Shown one piece after another: positions 23,700 through 36,667 of a stretch of 64,000 nt of DNA. The stretch is taken from NCBI RefSeq assembly GCF_009834535.1, contig NC_045697.1:112656001-112720000 (forward strand), given 5' to 3'. The position numbers and the translations under genes are program-made. The stretch's first letter is position 1, and each line of letters begins with the position of its first letter. Origin of the DNA: Camelus ferus. Taxonomy: Eukaryota. A model generated the notes under the pieces. It did not search any database. It was given only the letters and a program-made list of their open reading frames with translations, and was not told where the DNA came from.

Positions 23700-26097
23700 T
23701 CTTTAAGCCTCAGGGAAAAAATATCACAACCATAGCATCCTTCTAAAATCTCCAGTATTGGTTCTGAGTACTCTGTTATCAGATAGTGCAATATCTGATC
23801 ATTTTTAGAGCAAATCTTAAGACTTCTTAATTAAGAGTTGGATTGTTTACTGGAACCTTTTAGCAAGTCTGGAGACAATAATGAATATGGTTAAGAAGCC
23901 TTAATGACTGGGTGATTATGAGCCCTCATATCTTCTTATCTAAAATGAAAAAAAAAACAAAACCTCTGTATGTAGTTCTCCGTGTTTTAAATAAGGAACA
24001 ATAATGAATGAATTAAATGGAATTTATTTGAAATTATAAGTGGAACAGAACATATTACCACTGTTGATACTCAGTGACAGAAGATGGAAGAAAAGGGATG
24101 TTAACATCTCCTTTCCTTTTCCAATCTCAGTTCAAAAACAAGGCTTAATATTTTAAAATGTAAAATGAGATGCTTAATTGCAATTCCTATTTTTGGTCAT
24201 ACTATCTGTGATGTGGCGATCACCCATTTCCAGCTAGATATCTTTCCAAAGCATCTTGAATATGTTTTATTTTTGACCTTTGTTATATTTTAAATACCTG
24301 AATTCCTCTAAGGTCGGACCTATCGATGTTCAAGTACAAGTGTAAAAATGCACATTAGGTAAAATGCCACGGTAAGAAAATGGCTTGTTTGGAGGAAAGC
24401 AATCGATCTGACCTACCAGATTTCACCAGGCACCAAATTCCTTACATGAAATCAACAGATCAGGTAGGAAGGTGCTGCATTCTACTTGTCAGCGTGGACG
24501 CCAGTGGATGCAGTATAATCAAATTCTAATCAGACGCCAGCATCTCTGGGCGTCTTGGTTTGTACGCGTGATATGTGGTTGACTGCGTCTCCTTTCATTA
24601 AAGTTACTTTCCGAACATTAGGCATATTTGTCTATTCCCAGTGGTGGTGGGGAGCTGTCCAAGCAGGAGACAGTGACAGCCAAGGGAGGTACTCCCAAGC
24701 ATGTAGGATACCAGAAGCAAGTGACGGCACGAGGGGAAGGGCAACGGGCTTGTTTCCTGCACGGTTGGCTCCCAGAGGCTCAATTGTGTATATTTCACCT
24801 CATCTGGAATGTAACAATGTTTTCATCAAATTATTTTTTTAAAATTTTAATGAGCTGTCAACATTGGACATCTAATATGACAATGGAAAAAGAAAAGCTA
24901 TTTAAAAAAGTGAGCTAACGTGGTCTTCAATGGGGCTACATCCCAAGAGGCAGAATTCAAAATTAAAAGACAGTAATTTAGACAGCTTGTATAGATGATG
25001 AAAGCTTTGTTTATACATTCATAATCCCTTCAATAATGTAGCTGCTTAGCTGACTGAAAGGGCGCGTTTCCTCCCAAAGTCGAGAGTCTGGACAAGACAG
25101 CTTCTGGAGTCGCAGCTTCCCTGGGACCTGGGAGCTGTCAGGCTGCCTAGGTTCTGACTGTATCGTCGCCCTCTGTAGTGTGGTTAGCATTCCCGTGTCA
25201 CCTTTGCCTTAGTGACAAAGAGGTTAAGTGCGTTCACTGGCTTAGTATCACCACCAAGTCCCAGAGATGCAACTGTATGTTTATTTCTGGCAACAAAGAC
25301 TTCCCGTCATGGTTGACTCTTTGAAAAGCAGTTTCAAAGCAAGACATGGAAGATTTCCTCTTTCATCTCTGACCTGGGAATTACTGTATTTCGGCAAATT
25401 AGAAAGAGAGGCAAGTTTCTTGTCCCATTGAGAACAAAAATAAATCAGTTGATTAGGTCTCATACCTCAGACAGTACCCACAATTCACTATTGATGTAGT
25501 TTTCTTCATGACGTGACAGAGAACTTACGATGTTATTTATGGATGTTTTCACTGGGATAAACTCATAATCAAGATATTTTATTTCCATGACAGTCCCTTG
25601 AGGGGATGACAGACAGGAAACGTTAGACTACCTCGTTCCCTCATGGACCGGAGGCGGAGTGCAGGCTGCTGTCAGATTTAATAAACAGTGCCCGTCCACG
25701 TGGCTTTGACTGTTACGATCGGTGTTGTGTGCCCAAGTAGAGTTGATAGCAGTGTTTCTGCTCTAAATCTTTCCACTGATTCCTGCACAGTAGTTCCTAT
25801 ATTTCCCATACTCCTGATCTTTTCTCTGCACCCCCTAAACCTGATCCCAACCAGACTGCCTCTTTATGGCTTACTACCTCTCTACCCCCTTCCCTTGTTA
25901 GGCTCTCAGTTATTTTGTAGTTGAGACACCCTGCAGGCAGGAAACGTGTCCTATGCACCCTCTCCCCCAGAGCCCAGCAGAGGCACAGAGTGGGCGCCAG
26001 ATGGGTGTATGTCTGATGGTTTTATCCCTCACACCTCACAGAGTGGGTCAGAAACGTTGTTCTGTGCGTGTAAATATGCACTTGGCTGTGATGGGAT

Positions 26098-26615
26098 TGA
26101 TACAGGAAAACGGGACATGAGAGGATGGCCATGTCCCAGGTCTCCGGTGAGTCCCCAGAACGCACCCCCTCAAGTAAGGGTCCTTGGCTTCACGCAGGAA
26201 AGAATTCAAGAGCGAGCCATAGTTGAGTGAAGGTAGATTTATTCAGAGATGTGCACACTCCACAGACAGAGTGTGGGCTGTCTCAGAAGGCCAGAGAGAG
26301 CAACCACAAGGTGCAGGGTTGTTAGTTTTTATGGGCTCGGTTACTTCTTATGCTGACAAGTGGGAGGGTTATTCTAACTACTTTGGGGAAGGAGCTGGGA
26401 TCCCCACGAATTGGGCCACTGTGCACTCTTGACTTTTTACGGTTAGCCTTGAAACTGTCATGGTGCCTATGGGAGTGCCATTCACCACACTAATGTACTT
26501 CAACGAGTGTGAAATGAAGCTCAAGTTCTACTAGGGGTTGACTCTTCTGCCATCTTGGTGCTCATTGCTGGTCATTCCTATAATGGCTGTGCCCTGCCCC
26601 CTGCCCCCTGTCTCA
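26098..26615 (-). mobile_element. ERV1-type solo LTR (same family as 48371-48960)
   Basis: TG...CA ends ('tgatacagg'...'cctgtctca'); 4-bp TSD ggat/ggac; tttatt at ~26238; extensive similarity to the 48 kb copy. Confidence 0.82.
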
Positions 26616-27924
26616 GGACGCAGGGGGTGTGAGGCTGTGCAGATTTCCAGCTCTCCCCTGTCTGCGCTGCACTGTTGCCCTGGTGATGCTGGTGCACTCC
26701 TTAAACGTTTCCTTCTCTCTACTTATTTCTAATTCGTTCTGCATTAAACATACTTCTCTCCTCCTCAAGTGAGTCTGTCGGTGCAGAATGCTAGAGGCTC
26801 ACTCACACGGGCGTGAACAGGATACTTGGAGCAGGAGTTCACATTGGAACCTCAGGATACATATGGAATATTTAACAGTTTTAAGTCAAGCTAATGCATT
26901 TTAGATAAATATGCCCTGTTCTCCTACATTAAAAAATATAACTTTATGCCAAAAAATTGCTTTTAGGAAGTATAAAGCTATATTTTTTAACATAACTGCA
27001 AATTGACAAAAATTCATAGACACATTAATTTAATTATTTCTGCTCACATCGATGTGTGTCTCATTAGTGGGTCAGCAATGTTTGGTGGAATAGTACAGTA
27101 AAGTCTTCCTAATTCATATATATTTACATATATATATTCACAAAAAGTTGTTTTCTCAAGTTTTGATTTCAGCAAAATAATTATGTTGTTACAATCAATA
27201 TATTTTATATAATGTGGGTTTCAGTAAAAGTAATCATCTAAATGATTAAAAGAGTAAAATGTCACTATCTGAAATATGGAAAATTCAAATATAATAACAA
27301 TGTCTGTTAATGTAAATATAAATATAAAATCTAAATTATTTTCCTTTTAAGAATTATTTTTCTGAATATTCAGTTATCTAACTTAAAAGGTAAGTTATAC
27401 ATCATATTTAATAAGCATCAAAATCTGAAAGCAAAAACTTGAAAGGTGAAAATTTTAAATTTAAATTTATTTTCTGTAAAGTTCCCAACATTTGATTACA
27501 TAATTTTATAAAAAATAGATGTATTTTCAATTCTGTGTCCACCTGGTTGCTAATGGATTGGTCAGTATCGGGTTTCATATATAACTCAATTCACACGTGT
27601 ATTTATAGACACATATACTATATGAGTACAGGATTGATTGACTGATGTAAGTAGACTACCCACATACAATACTTACAGATAGTACTGTATATTTTAAGAG
27701 ATTTTGCATTGTTTAGGATTGCAAATTTTTCCTTATCCACTGTGGGTGACTGTTGGGAATGCCTTACAGTCATGCTGTCAAGCACCATGTGTTGGACCTA
27801 TAGGACAAGTGAAATTTCCGAGTGGCCCTCAGACTATATCCACTGACTTTTACCCTCGACTTTTGATTTTAAAAACTATACACAGAGAGAGAGAGACATA
27901 CCCCTCCAACTCCTTTGTCTAGAG

Positions 27925-28360
27925 ATTAGTTTTGAATTACCAAAATTATGGATGGTCCTTGTAAAATTCAAACAATATAGAGAGGATTCAGCAAAAGTCA
28001 CTCCACTCCTTCCATGGTCCCCTTTTCCAGTAACTGTTACTAAAGTTTGGTGTAAACTGTTCTGGATACTTGCGTGTGTATGTGACGCACACACAAGTAC
28101 TCACACACACATGCACATTGCGTGCACACACTTTTATAAATGTAGGGGATGGTACTCTATGTAGCCTGGAACTTGCTTTTTTTCCTTTAAACAATGCATC
28201 ATGAGTGTCAGCCTACTTCACTGTTTATATTGTAAAACTGATTTAATCATATCCCACAAATGATGTTTAGATTGTTCCCACTTTTCTGTAATTATAAATA
28301 ATGCTGCCATGAAAGTCACATTTATATGAATGTTGTATAAATGTAGCTGGCATATTTGGG
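27925..28360 (-). mobile_element. Ancient L1 (L1ME-like) 3' fragment
   Basis: 'ttagattgttcccacttttctgtaattataaataatgctgccatgaa', 'aacttgcttttttt'. Confidence 0.6.
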
Positions 28361-29329
28361 AACACTAGTGCCACTGGACCACTGTGTTGGCGTCCTGAGC
28401 ACATCTGTAGCCAAGGACCCCATCTCATTGCCTCAGTCGCCCCCGTCCAAGCCCCAGGACCCTGCACCCCTCCCCCGATGGAGAAACTACAGGGGTCATG
28501 TGTGGCCCACTGTCTCCAGGACTGCGCTACGATGTGCTCAAGTTATACAAAATCATAACAGCTCTTTTAAGGTTACCTGAAAAATGAGTTCCCCTTCTAA
28601 ACCTCTTCCCTGGGAAATCTGAAATGTCTTTCTATTAATAGTTGAGCACTTAATCTTGTTCCACCGTGGAACCAGGTGGCGCTTTGTTCGTTGTAATTTC
28701 TCAGGGGACAGAAGTGTTGGAAGTCCGTGTTACATGGTGCCACTCAAACGAAGCCTCTCGCATCCCTGGCAGGTCCAGTCCTGACATCCCGTGGTGGGAA
28801 AGGGGCATCCTGGTAGCACCGGGAAGATGTTTACCGAATTAGCCTGCAATTGCTGGTACAAAAAACTGACTTCCCACAGTGCGTGGTAATGGTACCTATA
28901 AATTATTTATTTTTAAAATTCGACATGAGCCACAAACCGCTGAGGGGAGTTTATTTTACGGCTTACGGGGAGAGTCCTTCAGTTACGTGAACGGTGAAGC
29001 TCCTACAATCTTTCTCAGCACCCAGCAGAGGAATGGACTCACGTGCACCCGTGCTGCTGGATCCAGGGCACGACCCCATCCTGCCTAAACTCCAGAACAA
29101 AGGCATGGGGTGGGATTGAATTCAAAAAGGCGCTCAGGGCCTCCCACATCCCAAATTTGGAAATCCTTCAACAGGCCAGGGAAATGCCCTGAAACCCAGG
29201 CAGCCCCAAAGCAGTGTCTCTTTAAGTGACTCCTTGATTCACGGAGGGGCACGGGTTCCATCCACTTACTGTCTGAGCACAAAGTCAGAACAACTACAGA
29301 TTCACTTAGGTGAGCAAATATCTTTTTAT

Positions 29330-29770
29330 TTTTAATACCGATACCTCCCACCTGGGCTGCTCACCGCCGCCGCGATTTACCTCGCCTCTTTCATGCTCAC
29401 TGGAGTAAAGCAGCCCATGTTCTGCAGAAGCAGACTCGTTCCTGGCAAGTGTCTGCCCAAAACGAACGCGACTACAGGGCATTTGGCAGAATCCCTACAA
29501 ATGTTTGCCAGATGAGGTCCAGGAAAACGGGAGCACGCCAAAGAGGCAGAGGGCTCTTTGCTCTGACAAAGGGGTTGAAAGAGAAAAGTGAGACACACAG
29601 GAAAGAACATCATCAGACAGCTTGAAAAACCCCCTGTGAGACTCCACATCTGAAAGCAGCGGGCACCCCTGCCCCCCGGCCGCCACTCCGCCCAGGCGTG
29701 TGTGCACGCATGGATGTAAACGCGTGCTCGCGCACACGTGCACGAAGGTCACGGCAAGACACTGCGCTTC
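29330..29770. promoter_or_regulatory. CpG-enriched patch, candidate enhancer/promoter
   Basis: Local CpG retention; GC box CCGCCC (29688), E-box CACGTG (29735), GCGTG cores, TGCACGC. Confidence 0.35.
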
Positions 29771-30128
29771 CTTCTAAGTGTAACCAGAGGCTGGGAGGGT
29801 TGTAAACAGGCATGATCCAATTTGCATTTTTAACAGTCCACTCTGCCTGCTTTGTGAAGACTGTGCTCTCAGAGGACAAGAGTATTCGCAGGGACATCAG
29901 GGGTGGAAGCGCTCTGAGTAAAGCTCCGCACTTTTTAGTTCTTTTGCAGGTAAGAAGATGGACTTTAGGAGGAGTGCTCCGAGTTCCTTTTTTGGCCATG
30001 TCGAGGTGTTGATTGAGTGGGGATTTGGATATATTTATCTACAGCTAAGGAAAAGGAGAGGTTGGGGTGAGGTAAAATTTGACAGTATAATGGATAACTT
30101 CTCCAGAAAATGGAAGAGAGTTGTAGAT

Positions 30129-30300
30129 CAGTGATTCTCAACCCTGTGTTTTCATTGGAAAAAATAATGGTTCCCACATCCAGGTACAAACTAATTTAAT
30201 AAAAATGGGTGGGATGGGACTGAGGCAATGATGTTGGTTTTTTTTTTTTTTTTTTTTAATTCTCCTGTTGATTCGGATGTGCAGTGACGGTTAAAAACAA
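30129..30300. mobile_element. MER5A (hAT-Charlie MITE) with poly-T expansion
   Basis: Starts 'cagtgattctcaacc', ends 'tgattcggatgtgcagtgacggttaaaaac'. Confidence 0.7.
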
Positions 30301-31064
30301 AAAGAAACAAAACAAAAAAACATTGTTGAAGAGAGAGAAGAGGTCCAAACCCTGAACGTGTAGGAAGAAAAAGATAAATGGTGAACGTATTGGGATTAAA
30401 TCATTGATGCCTCTGTCACATAGACATTTAATCAAGATCATTGCTGTAGCGAAGAAAATGACTGATCTTGAGATCACAAGTGATAGCAGATAAAAGGGGC
30501 TTATAATGTAAGGCTGTCATTATCATTTATACAGTACAGTTCTTAATACAGCCTCCAGAGAGTTAAGCATGGATAATAGTTATTCAGAAACCTGTGGACT
30601 TTTAAAAGTATAATTTGGGACTATTTTCGGCTCCCAAAAACTTCAAAAAATTGGTACTAATTAAAGAATGGTTTGACACAATTAAATCCGTGATTGAATC
30701 CATAAAGTTATTTTAAAGTATCTGATTAATTAATCATCAAACACTATTAGCTTAGCATTTTGCTCTCCGTAGCCTTCTGCACTATCAATATTTCTTCTTG
30801 TAACTATTTGGAAAATCTAGCTAGTTAATTTTCTGACTTAACTAGTGAATTGATGAAAGAATATTCCACATCCTCATGCAAGACTGGAGAAATGAAACAG
30901 CCGTAGACTGTAGAAAAGCTGGATTTTTGTCCTCACCTCTTCTCCTTTTTCACCATCATTTTTTGGGGGCAATAACCTATATTTCCATGATGTCTAATAT
31001 TAACTTCTATACAATCACTTCTGTACCAAATCTAAAACCCTAACTCTGATCCCAATCCTTTTTC

Positions 31065-31520
31065 ATAAGAGTACTTCAAGCTGCCACTGAGCTGGAGGCT
31101 GCGGTGGGATTCCACGTGCCACGTGCAGAGTAGGGAAGCCAGCTAGGGAGATGTTCTAATGATGCAGAAGAGAACTGAAGAGATGGAGTCAAGCCAGGGT
31201 GAGCAGGATGTGGACAGGATGTGGAGCTGGACCGGAGATGCATTCTGAAGTCCATCTCTCTATTCTAGTGGCTGACTAGAAGTATGACGAGGGACAGTAA
31301 CCACGGATGGCGTCCACATTTCTAGTTAGAACGTGGATGGGAAGTCTTCACAAAAATGGCAGTTTTAGGTGACAGAGCGATTCTGAAGAGAAGAGAAGTT
31401 CTGTCTGAGACATAGTAATTCGGCCATTCCTATAGGACACTGACGTGGACACACTTGGAGCTGGCTGTGGAGTCCAGTTTGGGGGAAACAGGTTAGGGCT
31501 ACATTGAAAGATCTAGTGTT
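31065..31520 (-). mobile_element. L2 fragment
   Basis: Purine-rich L2-like text ('gagttct...gacat...cctataggacactgacgtggac'). Confidence 0.5.
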
Positions 31521-33063
31521 GGACTGTCCATTTTTGCTACCCAGATATAATTTTTACGTCTAGAAATACTGGATTACTTAAATTTTTAGAAAACGTCTGT
31601 ACTTTTTATCCTCACTTTTGTGATACATGGTTCTCCTTTAAGGAAAGTCTTCTGTGTGACACAGTTGTCAAGACACAGTTTCTCTGAGAGTTGTCAAGAC
31701 AGTTTCTCTGAGAATTTCTTCATCTTTAAAACAAGGAGACTGTGTCTAATAAGGGCTAATAAACAGTAATCACATCTAATAAGTAATTTATCTAATAAGG
31801 GCTTTTCGAAATTCCAGTTCTAATATTTCCCCTTTCTTTATCCACACACATCTTTATGGTTCTGTGGTCTCTGATTCTCTGCCATTATCTCAGTCTGAAA
31901 TCTCCTTTCTTCAAATATTAATTTATTACTCCGCCTTCAAAAGTGTGTTAAATTCCTCTCCTTCGTTCCCCTGGCCAGAATCAGGTCATCATTTCTCAGC
32001 ATGTCCAGCAAATAGCCCCCAGGCAGCCAGCTGAATGAGTGGAATTGCCCTGACGCCGTAGCATGGTTTGCACGAGTCTTAGCAGTTTACAGAATCCTAA
32101 CTGAGCAGTTCACTTCGGGAAAGATTTGATAGTTTGGTTTAAAGCATGGAAAAAGTGAGGTCAGTTTTCACACACTAGTACATGCAATAAAAGGGGACAA
32201 ATAAAGATCGCAACATTTTATTCAAATCAGAAGAAAGGGTTCATAAGCCCAATTTCCATCCTGTCACAGAGCAGGACGGTCACGCTGTGAGGTTTGTGAG
32301 CGGTTCTCACTGCATGTTGTGTTGGGCGATGTAATTAAAGGAATGAATTTTCTTTCCTATTGGGATTTTTAATCATCACCAATTTGAGGTAATTTTGGAA
32401 GAAATTGTGACAGATTATTGAGATTTTGTATATTTCATTGAGGAATCTTGCTGAGCTGCTTTTTCACATCAGTGCCTTTGAGAAACTCAAAATTGTGGAC
32501 TTCCCAGGGAATCACTTGTGTAGCTCACAAAGCTACCTGAACACATTTACCTGAAGACGAACTGAAGGAAAACATTTCAAGAAGGGTATCAGCGGTATGT
32601 TAAAAAAAAAAAAGGCAGGCATTTGAAATCAAACTCAACATATGTGTCAATGTAAGGCAGGTAAAACTGAGTTCAGTTCTCCTCATTGTGAATTATCCTG
32701 GACTGACTAAAATTACAGAAAGAGGAGGCTTATTGAGATAGCATGTAGACATGATATCAAAATTTCCAAAGAAATTCATAAATATTATTGTGTATAAAAG
32801 TAGCTCACATCCCTGTGGTTGAAGTGCACGTCGCAAGGTGTATGGGAGGTTTTTTTTTTTTTTCCCCCTCTACATTTGGGTCCATTTCAGGAAGGTCAGG
32901 TAGAAAATTTTCTTTAAAGGCGGACAACTATCCCAAAGATGAGCATATAAAGTACAAAAGTTTTCTAAGAATTTAAGTAATCCAATGCTTCTATGCAATA
33001 AAATCTCAGCCACGTGGGTATCTTTTTATTCATGCATCTCTGGGACTTGCAGCATTTGGTGTG

Positions 33064-33288
33064 CAGAGCTGATGGTACACGCCAGGTCTCCCAGACCAGC
33101 TATTAAAATGGTCCAGCACCTCTCTGCTGCAGGTGGTGAATGATGCAGACCTCAGCCTTCTGAGTGAAGTCTTGCCACCTGGCTGCCATAGCATCTCTGA
33201 TAATCCAGCAACCCAAAGGATTATATCTACTGCAATCAGTAGTCCCCGTGCCACACTGGTTGTTAAGTATTTCAGATGTCACTCCATT
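33064..33288 (-). mobile_element. Probable old hAT-Tip100 MITE (ORSL-like)
   Basis: Reverse complement 'ggagtgacatctgaaatacttaacaaccagtgtggcacgggga' resembles the ORSL terminus as I recall it. Confidence 0.35.
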
Positions 33289-33479
33289 AGTAACTCTTAC
33301 TCTAAGCCCCGTGTCCATCTCTTTTGTGAGACCCAGATCGCCAGCTCAGCCCAGACCCTACGCATGTGTATAGCCTTCTGACGTCCTGTGCTGTAGATGG
33401 TAATGCTTGTTAAACTGAATTTAATTCTTTTCAAGTCTTTAAAAATAAGAATCAAAGTCAATATTTAGGTTGCAATTAC

Positions 33480-34030
33480 TGTCTTAGCCCAGGTAGTCTA
33501 GAAAAAGGAGTCCGAGGCAAGGCTTCCACGAAGCTAATGCTTTATTAGGGGTCCAGCTGCAGAGCAGTGCAGGTGCAGAAAAACACAAAAAGATACTGCG
33601 TTGTCTTTCTTCCCATAGCTTCACAAGAAAACGTGGTGAGTCGGCTAGCACAAAGAGGAGGTGTCCAGGGCGGACCTGTAGAACCCCTGGGCCCCAGAAC
33701 AGTCCACGAGCAGGAGGAAGGGCAAGGGATTTGTGCCACTTTTTCTCTCCCTGAGCTTAGCTTCCCCCTGGGCATTGCTCCCACACACTTGGTGTCACCA
33801 GGCCAGGAAAGGCAGAGGCCGGGGAGTCACAGTGCCTGTGAATTTGCCATCAGGGAGCAGGCAGGGCTGTCAGCAAGCAGCAGCTCCCACCGGGTGGATG
33901 GAAAGCCAAAAAAGCCCAGCCCTGACGGCACCCTGACTCTTGACAGGAGCTGAGATAACCAGGTGTCAGGGAACAAGGCGACAGCAGCAGAGGCCAAGTC
34001 CCGGGGCACAAGAGTCTGGACTGACACATC
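33480..34030 (-). mobile_element. ERVL-type LTR (LTR16/LTR41-like)
   Basis: Starts 'tgtcttagcccaggtagtctagaaaaaggagtccgaggcaagg...ctttatt'; right boundary approximate. Confidence 0.55.
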
Positions 34031-34389
34031 ACTGAGGACTAGTGCAATTTCTAAGTTCAAGTTTCACCTAAACCTATAAACAAGGTCCCCTCTCCCCACA
34101 CCCGAGCCCGCACCACCTCCATGTGAGTTGTGAACTTGGTACTTAAAGGGAAACTTACTTAGGCTTCAGTTTCCTCAGTCTGATGGAAGGAGCGAGATTG
34201 TCCATGAGCTGGAGAAGAACCTTAAGAAATTGATTTTTTGAAGTTTCTAGTGAATTGGGTCTTCCCAGTTTGACTTTATTTGTTTTACAATAAATGCTGA
34301 GAAATATCACAACATATGACAATTTATAGCCATATTTCTGGTATTCTGGTACAGATTATCTTGGAAGTATCATTTTTAAACAATTTTGG

Positions 34390-34770
34390 GTTTTTTCAGC
34401 TTTATTGAGGTACAGTGGGCAAAACTGTATATATTTCAAGTGTGTGAGGTGATGATTTGATACATGCATGCCTTGTAAAATGTTGCCCACAATCAAGTTA
34501 GCTAATCATCCATTCCTTCAAATGGTTACTTTTGTGTGTATGTGTGTGGTGAGGTTAAAGATTTACTCTCTTGGCGAATTTCAAGTACATCATACAATTT
34601 TTTAAATTGTAGTCACTATGCTGGACATTAGATCCTCATAACTGATTCATCTTATAACTAAAAATTTGTACCCTTTGACCAAACATCTCCACCTTTCCCT
34701 GAGCCCCCAGCCTCTGGCAACCACCCTTCTACTCCATTTCTGTGAGTTCCACTTTTTTTTTTTCTTGAAC
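34390..34770 (-). mobile_element. L1 (L1MA-like) 3' end
   Basis: 'cagctttattgaggtacag', 'ctctggcaaccacccttctactc', 'tttgtaccctttgacc'. Confidence 0.85.
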
Positions 34771-36045
34771 GTATTTTGAAAGTAATAGATGAATTATTTG
34801 TTTTGGCATAAACGCTTCTTGAATGCAGGTAGCTTGTAATCAACCATGTTTATCTTTCACTTCAAGATACAGCACTACTGTGATAGCTCTTCTGATGTAA
34901 AACAAGGAAGTTGCCTGTCACACTAGTATTTACTGTAGAAAAGGGAAGCGTGATTTTCAAATATTTCTTACATCAGATAATTCTTTGTTGAGAGCTTTTA
35001 TCTTCCAATCAACCCTCCCAAGGGTCTACTTTCATCTTCTATTATGGGTACAGAGTTCCCATTCTTCAGGAGTCTACTTGGGTAGATTTAAATGAAAAAG
35101 TAAGTGTTCTTTGGCATTCTACTTTAATCAACTGTTGTCTTGTTCTCTTCATTGGGAAGGCAATCAACTTAGTTTTACTTCAAGGTGATACACAGCTGCA
35201 GAAAACATTCACTTTACATATGCCAGAAGGATTGGCTAAAAGTATGCAGGATCCCCAAGGTAATTTTGAATTAAAATGAAATGTCACTTAGACTAACATA
35301 TTTAGAATTCCATTCCACTGTGCCTAGTAAAACATCCAGCTCTACATAATGGCTGGTTTTATTGTATTACTTTTTTTTTTTTCTTTTAAACATCTTCATT
35401 TCAAATACTTTAAGCTGCTTCTCAACTAAATTAATTAATAATGAACTCCAGTATCAAACAGCCTCCTTGGCTAACACATTTCAATCCTTTTGGACATTAC
35501 AGTTCATGAAATTAGTCATTTTAATAAACTGTCGAAAACAAACTTTCCCTGCATTTGATTTTGGATTACTCATGATCTAGGAATTCCTGGTCTCAGATAT
35601 TAATAAAGGAAGTGTACACAGAATGCCATGATAAGTGAGTAAGCAGAAAGTTTTCATATAATGTAAATAGAGATGTCAAATGCACACCCCATGCTATTAT
35701 CTTCTGTGTCTGGTTTCATAGGGTCACATACATATACTTTACTCTAATTAATCAAATTTAAATTGTGTGTGTCTTTTATGTCAGTTCACTCTTCTGCCTT
35801 TAACTTTTCTATGCCTTTTCCTGTGAAGTCCTCTAGAGGGCAAAGACTTGTGTTTAAAGTTCTCCAAATGAGACCCACACAGCACCACGGGCCAGAAGGA
35901 ACTTAATTACAGTTCTGATATTGGATTATATAGTTTTAGGCAAAACACTGGTTAAATACCAATCTCGTTATTATATTCTACCTAAATAATTTTTCCCAAG
36001 TTAGAGCTTTCACTAAACACCCCAAATTGTGCCATACCATGTTAA

Positions 36046-36046
<1 letters not shown>

Positions 36047-36100
<54 letters not shown>
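36047..36100. repeat. Perfect (AAC)18 microsatellite
   Basis: Directly visible; source of the poly-Asn ORF 36029-36235. Confidence 0.97.
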
Positions 36101-36102
<2 letters not shown>

Positions 36103-36667
36103 AAACTCTTTACGCATGATTAGGGATGAGAATCTTACCATAATACATGAGGGGAAAGGGCTACTTTGTTTCTCACATATGAAAACCCTGATTTATGTTT
36201 CACTGACTTTTTTAAAAAATTTCAAGGCATCTTAATCTTTCTCTGCACTAGGATGAGAAAGGCAACATTTCTAGACTGACAGTTTCCTTTAATTCATCCC
36301 ATTCTGCTTCACTATAATGTTGGGTAAATGTGACAGCAATCAGGGAAGAAATGTGCACTTCAGATTCTTTGTCATGGAAGTTAATTAATTTTTAAAATAT
36401 TTCCCTTCTGCATTGTGTAAAACACTATTCATAATATGCCAACAAACCGAGCCAAAGCAAACAGAAAACTTGGGTACTAGACAGAAATGCAACTCTGCTC
36501 TATTTTTGTCCATATCTTAAATAAGTTTTTGAAACAAAATCTTGTAAGATTAAACATATGGACAGTGACAGGAATAATAGAAAATGAGATTAGTTTGAAT
36601 GCTAAAGCTTTTCAAATGGACAGTGTGCCACATCCTAATGACAATAGTCATTTGGAACCTCTAGACA

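Noticed and set aside
32473..32594. Possible coding exon (acceptor ttttcacatcag, donor GCG|GTATGT)
   Set aside because: Stops in all three frames; a non-coding exon cannot be supported without transcript data.
36029..36235. Poly-Asn ORF
   Set aside because: Translation of (AAC)18.
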